From Bacilli bacterium (GTDB lineage: Bacteria > Bacillota_I > Bacilli_A > RFN20 > CAG-826), in contig JAFXWB010000007.1 of NCBI GenBank assembly GCA_017534425.1, forward strand, positions 17,550 through 81,549: a stretch of 64,000 nt of DNA, written 5' to 3'. A model generated the notes under the pieces. It did not search any database. It was given only the letters and a program-made list of their open reading frames with translations, and was not told where the DNA came from. The number at the start of each line of letters is the position of its first letter. Positions within the stretch are counted from its first letter, which is position 1. Below are positions 1-6,686 of this stretch, in pieces. A program made the position numbers and the translations under genes.

Positions 1-467
1 ACTCAATCGGCTGTTCAAATCCAAAAGACGCATTAAATAGAACAAAAGAATTACTCGCTAAATTAAGCGAAATGAGTAAGAAACTTGAATCTCTTATGGA
101 TAAACTTTCACATCAAAATGCGAATGCTGTTTTAGATGAATTTGAAGACTTTAAAGGTTACAAGTTACTTTGTAAACATTTCGAAAATCAAACAATTGAT
201 AACCTTAATACAATCGGCGATGAACTTAAGGTTAAATTCCCTGATTACATCTTATTCTTAGTTGGCGGAAAAGATGGAGAACTTCCATTGTCCATTTTTG
301 TTGGCGGTAAAGCTCTTGAGAATAATAAAGCCGGAGACTTAATTAGAGAAGTCGCTAAAGTCCTTGGTGGAGGCGGCGGAGGTCGTCCAAATATGGCCAA
401 TGGTCGTGGTCGTTTACTTGCTAAACTTCCAGAGGCAATTGAAGTCTTGAAAGGGCTTATTAAATGA
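1..467 (+). CDS. alaS: Alanine--tRNA ligase, C-terminal part (5' end lies upstream of the window)
   Basis: The frame is open from the window edge into the listed 72..467 ORF. The C-terminal region carries the GGGGGGRP..NGRG motif typical of AlaRS. It is followed by ruvX and DUF1292, as in Firmicutes alaS loci. Confidence 0.8.
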   Translation, partial: SIGCSNPKDALNRTKELLAKLSEMSKKLESLMDKLSHQNANAVLDEFEDFKGYKLLCKHFENQTIDNLNTIGDELKVKFPDYILFLVGGKDGELPLSIFVGGKALENNKAGDLIREVAKVLGGGGGGRPNMANGRGRLLAKLPEAIEVLKGLIK

Positions 468-892
468 GCAAAATTTTAGGCTTAGATTTAGGTACAACAA
501 CACTTGGAATTGCTAAAACCGATTCCATAGGAATCGCAGCACATGGTGTTGAGACTTTTAGATTCGAAGTTGGCAACTTTAAAAAAGCACGTGAACATGT
601 CATCGAAATATGTAAAAAAGAGGACATTAAAACAATCGCTTTAGGAATGCCACTTTACGAATCAGGAGACGAATCTCCACACGCTAAAAGTTGTCTTAGA
701 TTTAAGGAAGATTTGCTTAAACTTGATCCTAATTTACATATCGAAATGATTGATGAAAGTTATTCAACAATTGAGGCCGATGAAAAATTAAAAGTGACTG
801 GATTAAGCTACGAAAAAAGAAAAGAAATTATCGACGAAATGGCGGCGGTTGTCATTTTGGAAAGATATTTAGAAAAATTTGGAGGAAAATAA
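464..892 (+). CDS. ruvX: Holliday-junction resolvase-like / pre-16S rRNA nuclease YqgF (RuvX)
   Basis: N-terminal ILGLDLGTTTLGIA motif and ~140 aa size. ATGA overlap with the alaS stop. Confidence 0.85.
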   Translation: MSKILGLDLGTTTLGIAKTDSIGIAAHGVETFRFEVGNFKKAREHVIEICKKEDIKTIALGMPLYESGDESPHAKSCLRFKEDLLKLDPNLHIEMIDESYSTIEADEKLKVTGLSYEKRKEIIDEMAAVVILERYLEKFGGK

Positions 893-894
893 AA

Positions 895-1161
895 ATGATT
901 TTTGATGATGAAATGATTATCACCACTGATTCAGGTGAAGAAAAAGTAATGAAAATTCTTTTTACTTATGAATCTGAACAACGTGGAAAGGAATATGTTT
1001 TTCTCTATGAGAAAGATAATGAAGATGACGTTTTAGTGTTCGCTGTAAACGAAAAAGAAGAGTCTTTAGAAGAAATTGAAGATGATGAAGAATATGCTGA
1101 AGCAGAAGAAGTCTTTAATGCATATATGAACGACGAAAAAATACAGGAGATTAAAAAATAG
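895..1161 (+). CDS. DUF1292 family small acidic protein (YrzB-like)
   Basis: 88-aa acidic protein directly after ruvX, in the position YrzB occupies in Bacillus. Confidence 0.6.
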   Translation: MIFDDEMIITTDSGEEKVMKILFTYESEQRGKEYVFLYEKDNEDDVLVFAVNEKEESLEEIEDDEEYAEAEEVFNAYMNDEKIQEIKK

Positions 1162-1221
1162 TTTTACAAAACAAAAGAGTATTGATAAACTCTTTAATGT
1201 TAATTTTTTGGAGATAAAGCC

Positions 1222-1695
1222 ATGGTAAATAAAATTGAACTTACAAAAGAAGGCGCAGAAAAGTTAGAAAAAGAACTTCGCCACTTAATTGATATTGATC
1301 GTCCAGAAGTCATCGAAGCTTTACAAGCTGCTCGTTCACAAGGCGACTTAAGCGAAAACGCTGATTATGATGCTGCAAGAACAAAACAAGCAGAAATCGA
1401 AGGCAGAATTAAAGAAATCGAGAATATTCTCGCAAATGTTAAAATCATTTCAGAAAAAACAACCAAATCAAAAGGTGTTGTTCTTGGTTCAAAAGTCACA
1501 ATCAAAGATTTAAGTGATGACACAGTTGAAACTTACACAATTGTTGGAACAGTTGAAGCAAACCCACTTAAAGGTTTAATTTCAAACGTTTCTCCACTTG
1601 GTCGTGCAGTTGTTGACAAAAATATCGGCGACATCGTTTCAGTTCACGCCAACAAAGAGTACAAAGTCGAAATCTTAAATATCGAATATAAATAA
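1222..1695 (+). CDS. greA: Transcription elongation factor GreA
   Basis: 157 aa. Conserved coiled-coil motif GDLSENADYDAAR and a C-terminal FKBP-like domain. GGAG SD upstream. Confidence 0.92.
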   Translation: MVNKIELTKEGAEKLEKELRHLIDIDRPEVIEALQAARSQGDLSENADYDAARTKQAEIEGRIKEIENILANVKIISEKTTKSKGVVLGSKVTIKDLSDDTVETYTIVGTVEANPLKGLISNVSPLGRAVVDKNIGDIVSVHANKEYKVEILNIEYK

Positions 1696-1707
1696 TTTGT
1701 ATTAATC

Positions 1708-1885
1708 ATTAAAGAGGAATCCGAAAGGGTTCCTTTTTTGTTACTTTTATGACCTCTAAAAATATTAAAAAATTTTATTAATTAAAATATTTTAAAAATT
1801 AAGAAAAAACATAATTACTAATTTTAGACGGATATATATAGTGAAGGGGGATAAATTTATGAAATATAAATTATCTAGCAAAGAC
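1708..1885 (+). repeat. Copy A of a ~170-bp duplicated terminator/promoter/SD/start module (partner is 57822..57996, inverted)
   Basis: Direct comparison with the reverse complement of 57822-57996. Shared blocks are a 29-nt identical run (1751-1779), a 13-nt run, and a conserved SD+ATG block. Confidence 0.85.
1715..1740 (+). terminator. Intrinsic terminator of greA
   Basis: aggaatcc-gaaa-gggttcct forms an 8-bp stem with a GAAA loop, followed by TTTTTT. Confidence 0.8.
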
Positions 1886-2035
1886 ATGAAAACTATTATT
1901 ACCGGAGAGATTGCTTTAGCTACAGTTATGGCTATATGCGCGATCGCGCTCATGGCCGTAATAGTATATAAGTTATTTATGTCTAATGAGGGCACTTCTC
2001 AAGTTCCTGGCGGTTGGAAGTTTTCCTGGAAATAA
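1859..2035 (+). CDS. 58-aa single-pass membrane peptide with a C-terminal PGG-WKFSWK tail
   Basis: Strong SD GAAGGGGG lies 8 nt before the ATG at 1859, so the listed start at 1841 is probably too early. It has one hydrophobic helix. Its stop overlaps the radC ATG (TAATG). Confidence 0.55.
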   Translation: MKYKLSSKDMKTIITGEIALATVMAICAIALMAVIVYKLFMSNEGTSQVPGGWKFSWK

Positions 2036-2703
2036 TGAAAATATCTGATATTCCTATTAATTTACGCCCACGCGAGAAGGCATTAATGTATGGAATAGAA
2101 GAACTTTCAGATCAGGAACTTTTAGCTCTCATCATTGGCTCTGGTGGTAGAGGTAATTCTGCCATCGATATAGCTGGAGAGCTACTAAAAACACACGCGA
2201 ACTCAATGGAGTCTCTTTCAAATACGAATTATTGCTCTCTTTTATCGTATCTAGGGCTGAAAAAATCTATTGCTTTGCGCCTTTTAGCGACTTTCGAATT
2301 TAATAGAAGACTTAATACTTATAAGTACAAAAATCCATCCAGAATTGATACCATTCACGATGTCTATTTTCGTTATCAAAATATGGAGAATTTAGACCAT
2401 GAAGAACTGGTAATTTTGATGCTTGATTTGAAGCATAGAATTATTAAAGAAAAAGTACTTTACAAAGGCACTTTTGATTCGTTTGAAATTGATGTTAGAC
2501 AGGTTTTACAAGAGCTTGTTTTAGCTAAAGCTAAATTTTTCTATTTAATTCATAATCATCCGGATGAAGATTCTAGTCCAAGTGATGATGATATCTTGTC
2601 CACAAAAATAGTGGAAAAAGCTTCTAAAAATATGGGAATAAATTTAATTGATCATCTTATTATTTTTAGAGGAGGATTTTCATCTATAAAAATTGAAATT
2701 TGA
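2035..2703 (+). CDS. radC: RadC-like JAB/MPN domain protein
   Basis: N-terminal LRPREK..G...LSD.ELLA helix-hairpin-helix region and JAMM motif HNHPDEDSSPSDDD. The start is taken at MKISDIP (2035), overlapping the upstream stop. Confidence 0.88.
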   Translation: MKISDIPINLRPREKALMYGIEELSDQELLALIIGSGGRGNSAIDIAGELLKTHANSMESLSNTNYCSLLSYLGLKKSIALRLLATFEFNRRLNTYKYKNPSRIDTIHDVYFRYQNMENLDHEELVILMLDLKHRIIKEKVLYKGTFDSFEIDVRQVLQELVLAKAKFFYLIHNHPDEDSSPSDDDILSTKIVEKASKNMGINLIDHLIIFRGGFSSIKIEI

Positions 2704-2723
2704 TTAATTTTAATATAAACTAA

Positions 2724-2862
2724 ATATGCCAAAGGTGGAAATCAGCAAACGACCACGACGCGCTATAGCCATATAGTGATACGGTGATGCGGGGGTGGAG
2801 CTAACAGATGACCTCTGACGAATAAGTCGCTCCCTTAATTAAGGCTGGCCCGCTTGGCGATA
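2724..2862 (+). ncRNA. GC-rich structured RNA candidate, class unknown
   Basis: G+C is markedly elevated relative to the flanks. Closing helix is tatgccaa (2725-2733) with ttggcgata (2853-2862). Internal hairpins are cgctata-gcca-tatagtg (2761-2778), ggagc/gctcc (2797-2801 with 2829-2833) enclosing caga-tgacc-tctg, and the palindrome ccttaattaagg (2833-2844). A terminator follows immediately. Confidence 0.45.
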
Positions 2863-2896
2863 GGTGTCCTGACGAGGATACCTTTTTCTATTTTTT
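2863..2896 (+). terminator. Intrinsic terminator following the structured RNA
   Basis: ggtgtcct-gacg-aggatacc stem-loop followed by TTTTTCTATTTTTT. Confidence 0.75.
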
Positions 2897-2907
2897 AGAA
2901 AATCCGC

Positions 2908-2936
2908 TTTACAAAAATACTCCGTAATATTATTAT
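2908..2936 (+). promoter_or_regulatory. Candidate sigma-A promoter of the rplU-prp-rpmA operon
   Basis: TTTACA (2908-2913), a 17-nt spacer, then TATTAT (2931-2936). Confidence 0.45.
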
Positions 2937-2944
2937 ATTAAGCG

Positions 2945-3045
2945 TTGTCGCCTCACAAGCTACAACCGCATAGAAAAGGTATAGTCAACTTAATGCCTTT
3001 GGCATTAGACCTTAATAGCGAGTCCTTAGTGAGAAAGTAGAGGTA
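2945..3045 (+). promoter_or_regulatory. 5' leader of rplU, possible L21-leader-type ribosomal protein leader
   Basis: ~100-nt untranslated leader with hairpin aatgcc-ttt-ggcatt, in the position where Firmicutes carry an L21 leader. The motif itself was not verified. Confidence 0.3.
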
Positions 3046-3050
3046 TTTAA

Positions 3051-3359
3051 ATGTACGCTATAATTGAAACTGGTGGAAAACAAGTCCGCGTTGAAGTTGG
3101 ACAAAAGATTTTCGTTGAAAAACTCGAAGTTAAGGAAAACGAGAAATACGAATTCGACAAAGTCTTACTCGTCGCTGATAATGAAGTCAAAGTTGGCACA
3201 CCATACGTAGAAGGCGCAAAAGTTGTCGCTAAAGTTGTTAAAAACGGCCTTGGCAAAAAGATTCGCATCTACAAATACAAAGCTAAACACAACTCAGCTC
3301 GTCGTATGATCGGTCATAGACAACCATATACATGCTTAGTTGTCGAATCAATTGCCTAA
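3051..3359 (+). CDS. rplU: 50S ribosomal protein L21
   Basis: [11 protein letters not shown].. N-terminus, 102 aa. Confidence 0.95.
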   Translation: MYAIIETGGKQVRVEVGQKIFVEKLEVKENEKYEFDKVLLVADNEVKVGTPYVEGAKVVAKVVKNGLGKKIRIYKYKAKHNSARRMIGHRQPYTCLVVESIA

Positions 3360-3362
3360 TTT

Positions 3363-3674
3363 ATGATTAAAATTACGGCAAGTCGTAATAACGGAAAAAT
3401 TACAAGTTTAACCGTTAAAGGGCATGCTAATTCAGCCCCACATGGAGAAGATCTAGTCTGCGCTGCAGTAAGTTCAATCTTAGTGGGAGGATGTAACGCT
3501 CTTAAAGAACCTAATTGTTTTACAATTAAGTTGAATGAAGGAGACGCATCAGTTGTTGAAATTAGTCATGCTAATGAACACGATTACGAGGTTCTTGAAG
3601 TAATGCTTGTGCAATTCAAATCTGTTGAAGAGACAAGTCCAAAGTTCCTGAAAGTAATCGAGAAAGGAAATTAG
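3363..3674 (+). CDS. prp: Ribosomal-processing cysteine protease Prp (YsxB)
   Basis: Sits between rplU and rpmA. Carries the GHA....G.D.VCAAVS motif. Confidence 0.85.
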   Translation: MIKITASRNNGKITSLTVKGHANSAPHGEDLVCAAVSSILVGGCNALKEPNCFTIKLNEGDASVVEISHANEHDYEVLEVMLVQFKSVEETSPKFLKVIEKGN

Positions 3675-3676
3675 TT

Positions 3677-3958
3677 ATGTTATTTAAGTTAAATCTACAA
3701 CTCTTTGCTTCTAAAAAAGGTGTCGGTTCTACCAAAAACGGACGTGATTCAGAATCAAAAAGATTAGGTGCTAAATTAAGTGATGGCCAATTCTGCCATG
3801 CTGGAAGCATCATCTATCGTCAAAGAGGTACCAAAATTCTTCCAGGCATCAATACCAAACGTGGTGGAGATGATACAATCTTCGCAACAATTGATGGTAT
3901 TGTTAAATTTGAAAGAGTTGGTAAAAACAAAACTCGCGCTTCAGTTTACGCAAAGTAG
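3677..3958 (+). CDS. rpmA: 50S ribosomal protein L27 with N-terminal propeptide
   Basis: [26 protein letters not shown], a Firmicutes-type extension ahead of the ASKKG sequence. Confidence 0.95.
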   Translation: MLFKLNLQLFASKKGVGSTKNGRDSESKRLGAKLSDGQFCHAGSIIYRQRGTKILPGINTKRGGDDTIFATIDGIVKFERVGKNKTRASVYAK

Positions 3959-3979
3959 TTTAAAAACCAAATTCAATTA

Positions 3980-4007
3980 AGACCACATAATTTTGTGGTC
4001 TTTTTTG
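3980..4007 (+). terminator. Intrinsic terminator after rpmA
   Basis: agaccaca-taattt-tgtggtct followed by TTTTTT. Confidence 0.8.
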
Positions 4008-4033
4008 TTATCTCGCGTATATAATGTATATGT

Positions 4034-5302
4034 ATGTTTATAGATAGAGTTGTTGTTGAAGTAAGATCCGGAAAAGGTGGAGACGGAATGATTGCCTTTC
4101 TCCGTGAAAAGTCCATGCCGAAAGGCGGACCATCTGGAGGAAATGGTGGTCGTGGCGGATCCATTACTTTTAGAGCAAACAAATCAATTAATACTTTATT
4201 TAACTTTAGACACTCCAAAACTTTTATTGCAGGTGATGGTGAAAAAGGTGGTCCGAAAAATAAATACGGCCATAAGGCTGAAGACATGATTGTTGAAGTT
4301 CCGTGCGGAACAGTTATTTATGAAGAAAAAGATCATAAATTCTTAGGTGATCTTTCTGAAAACGGACAAACTTTGTTAGTTGCAAAAGGCGGAAGAGGTG
4401 GAAGAGGAAACGCAGCCTTTAAATCAGACCGAAATAAATGCCCTAAGGTAGCTGAAAACGGCCTACCAGGTGAGACAAAAAGATTAATTCTTGAACTTAA
4501 ACTTTTAGCTGACGTTGGTCTTGTCGGACTTCCAAATGCTGGTAAATCAACACTTTTAAGTGTTGTTAGTAACGCAAATCCTGAAATTGCTGATTATCCA
4601 TTTACAACTATTGAACCAAATCTTGGTGTTGTTAATACAAAAAACGGTTCTTTCGTTATGGCGGATCTTCCTGGTTTAATTGAAGGCGCATCAAAAGGTA
4701 GAGGATTAGGCTTAGCTTTCTTACGTCACTTGGAAAGATGTAGAGTTATTGTTCATCTTGTTTCGATGGAAGAAGAAAATCCATACGAAAACTTCAAAAC
4801 TACTGAAAATGAGCTTAAAAGTTACGGCATGGGTTTAGATAAACGCCCAGTCATTGTTGTTGCAAGTAAAATGGATTCACCAGAGAGTGAAGAGAAGTTT
4901 AAAGAATTTAAAAAACATTTCAAAAATAAAATTTTTGCATTATCTAGCTTAACCAACTTAGGCGTTCAAGAAATTACAGATAAATGTGTCGAATTACTCG
5001 CTAAAACAGATAGATTCCCGCTTGTCACCGAAGATAACACTCCAGAAGTTAAGGTTTATAATGCTTATGATTCACAAAAACCAATCTTTGAAATCCTCCA
5101 CGAAAAAGATCACGAATTTAGAATTGTTGGTGAATCAATTGAAAGAACATATAATTTAATTAATATCTCAACCGACGAAGGATTAATGAAATTAATTTCA
5201 TATCTTGAAAAAATCGGTATTGAACAAGCTCTTAAAGAAAAAGGCGCTGTTGATGGTGACACAGTTTTACTGTGCGACTTCGAATTTGAATACTTAGAAT
5301 AA
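4034..5302 (+). CDS. obg: GTPase Obg/CgtA
   Basis: Glycine-rich Obg fold (GGDG, GGRGG), G-domain GLPNAGKST, and a C-terminal OCT-like domain. Confidence 0.93.
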   Translation: MFIDRVVVEVRSGKGGDGMIAFLREKSMPKGGPSGGNGGRGGSITFRANKSINTLFNFRHSKTFIAGDGEKGGPKNKYGHKAEDMIVEVPCGTVIYEEKDHKFLGDLSENGQTLLVAKGGRGGRGNAAFKSDRNKCPKVAENGLPGETKRLILELKLLADVGLVGLPNAGKSTLLSVVSNANPEIADYPFTTIEPNLGVVNTKNGSFVMADLPGLIEGASKGRGLGLAFLRHLERCRVIVHLVSMEEENPYENFKTTENELKSYGMGLDKRPVIVVASKMDSPESEEKFKEFKKHFKNKIFALSSLTNLGVQEITDKCVELLAKTDRFPLVTEDNTPEVKVYNAYDSQKPIFEILHEKDHEFRIVGESIERTYNLINISTDEGLMKLISYLEKIGIEQALKEKGAVDGDTVLLCDFEFEYLE

Positions 5303-5303
5303 T

Positions 5304-6032
5304 ATGGAACTCAAAGAATACTTATTAGAAATTGAAGAATTCCTCAAGAAATATCTTGAAGATTCACATTGTAAATCCTATGTGCTTGGTCTTTCTGGTG
5401 GAGTTGATTCGTCTTTAGTTGCTGCAATTGCGAGAAAAGCAGTCGGGAAAGACAAGCTTTTCTGTTATGCCTTAGATATTGATTCAAATCCTGAAGACGT
5501 TGAAGATGCTAAAAAAGTAGCAAAAGAGTTAGATTTAAATCTCGAAATTATTAATTTAAGTAAAACTTATCACTCATATTTAGAAGAATTAAATGGTGAG
5601 AATTTTATTAGATTAACAAGGTCTAATCTTAAGGTAAGAATGAGAATGGTTGCCTTATTTGCATTTGCCCAAGAACATTCTGGATTAGTTTTAGGTACTG
5701 ACAATATGGATGAAAGATATGTTGGCTATTTCACCAAATATGGTGATGGTGCTGCAGATGTTCTGCCAATTGTCTATTTGACCAAAAATGAAGTTAGAGA
5801 AGCTGCAAAATTATATGGTTTATCTTCGCTTTTAGCGAACCGCACACCATCTGCTGGACTTTTCGAAGGCCAAACAGATGAAAATGAGATGGGTGTTAAA
5901 TACGAAGATCTTGATAACTATTTACTTGGTGGAAAAATTGAGAAATCAGTCGAAGATCGTATCGAATACCTCCATAAAATTAGCGAACATAAACGCAGAG
6001 AAATCCCAACTCCAAAAGAATATGAAAGATAA
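5304..6032 (+). CDS. nadE: NH3-dependent NAD+ synthetase
   Basis: SGGVDSS PP-loop motif, 242 aa. Confidence 0.88.
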   Translation: MELKEYLLEIEEFLKKYLEDSHCKSYVLGLSGGVDSSLVAAIARKAVGKDKLFCYALDIDSNPEDVEDAKKVAKELDLNLEIINLSKTYHSYLEELNGENFIRLTRSNLKVRMRMVALFAFAQEHSGLVLGTDNMDERYVGYFTKYGDGAADVLPIVYLTKNEVREAAKLYGLSSLLANRTPSAGLFEGQTDENEMGVKYEDLDNYLLGGKIEKSVEDRIEYLHKISEHKRREIPTPKEYER

Positions 6033-6039
6033 CGAAAAT

Positions 6040-6064
6040 ACTTCCATTTATGGAAGTTTTTTTG
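6040..6064 (+). terminator. Intrinsic terminator after nadE
   Basis: acttcca-ttta-tggaagt followed by TTTTTTT. Confidence 0.8.
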
Positions 6065-6116
6065 TATACTATTTACAGATAGAAAACTAAATAGAAACGC
6101 CTAGAAAGGTGTTTTT

Positions 6117-6686
6117 ATGCTTAGCTCAATAAGAGGTACGGTGATTGAAGTTGGACATCGTTCTTTAATCATCGAGAATCAAGGATTAGGTTATGAGATA
6201 TTAGTTTCAGATCCAAAATCTTTTCATGTGAATCAAGATGTCTTTATTTATCTTTACCATCACAAACGCGAAGATGGCGAATTTTTAGTAGGTCTAACTT
6301 CTAAAGAAGAAAGAAGCGGTTTTAGGTTATTGCTTAACGTAAATGGGATTGGCCCAAAAACAGCTTTGTCAATTCTTTCTAAAATTAGTTATTCTCAGCT
6401 TTTAACAGCAATTTCCAATAATAATTTCGAATTGATTGAATCTTTACCAGGCATTTCTTCGCATATGGCTTCTCAAATCTTTTTAGATTTAAAAGAACAT
6501 ATTTCAAGAAACGTTAAGAGCAATGTTGCTCAATATAAAGAAGTCAAGGACGCTTTAAAAAATATAGGTTTTAAGTCAAAAGAAATTGATAAAGTTCTTC
6601 CTAGTATTTACATCGCAAATGGTTCAACTCAAGAAATTATTCGCGAAGCTTTAAGGAGACTTCAAAATGCCAAGGTTAGCGGATAA
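6117..6686 (+). CDS. ruvA: Holliday junction DNA helicase RuvA
   Basis: N-terminal OB domain, HhH motif VNGIGPKTA, 189 aa. Overlaps ruvB. Confidence 0.9.
   Translation: MLSSIRGTVIEVGHRSLIIENQGLGYEILVSDPKSFHVNQDVFIYLYHHKREDGEFLVGLTSKEERSGFRLLLNVNGIGPKTALSILSKISYSQLLTAISNNNFELIESLPGISSHMASQIFLDLKEHISRNVKSNVAQYKEVKDALKNIGFKSKEIDKVLPSIYIANGSTQEIIREALRRLQNAKVSG

Noticed and set aside
1792-1995. 67-aa minus-strand ORF antisense to the small peptide gene.
   Set aside because: It has no SD and lies entirely opposite a plus-strand ORF that has a strong SD. It is a typical shadow frame in AT-rich DNA.
2724-2862. Assigning the GC-rich RNA to SRP RNA, 6S RNA, tmRNA, RNase P, tRNA, or TPP/FMN/c-di-AMP/fluoride riboswitches.
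   Set aside because: Several signatures are missing: the SRP domain IV core (GGAA tetraloop with AGCAGC context), the tRNA T-arm, the tmRNA tag/acceptor end, and the riboswitch core motifs I can recall. The length is wrong for RNase P and tmRNA. A CUGACGA string resembles a hammerhead core but lacks the accompanying helices. The class is left unknown.
3973-4289. 104-aa minus-strand and 65-aa plus-strand ORFs overlapping the obg 5' region.
   Set aside because: These are proline- and glycine-rich shadows of the glycine-rich Obg fold. obg itself is unambiguous.
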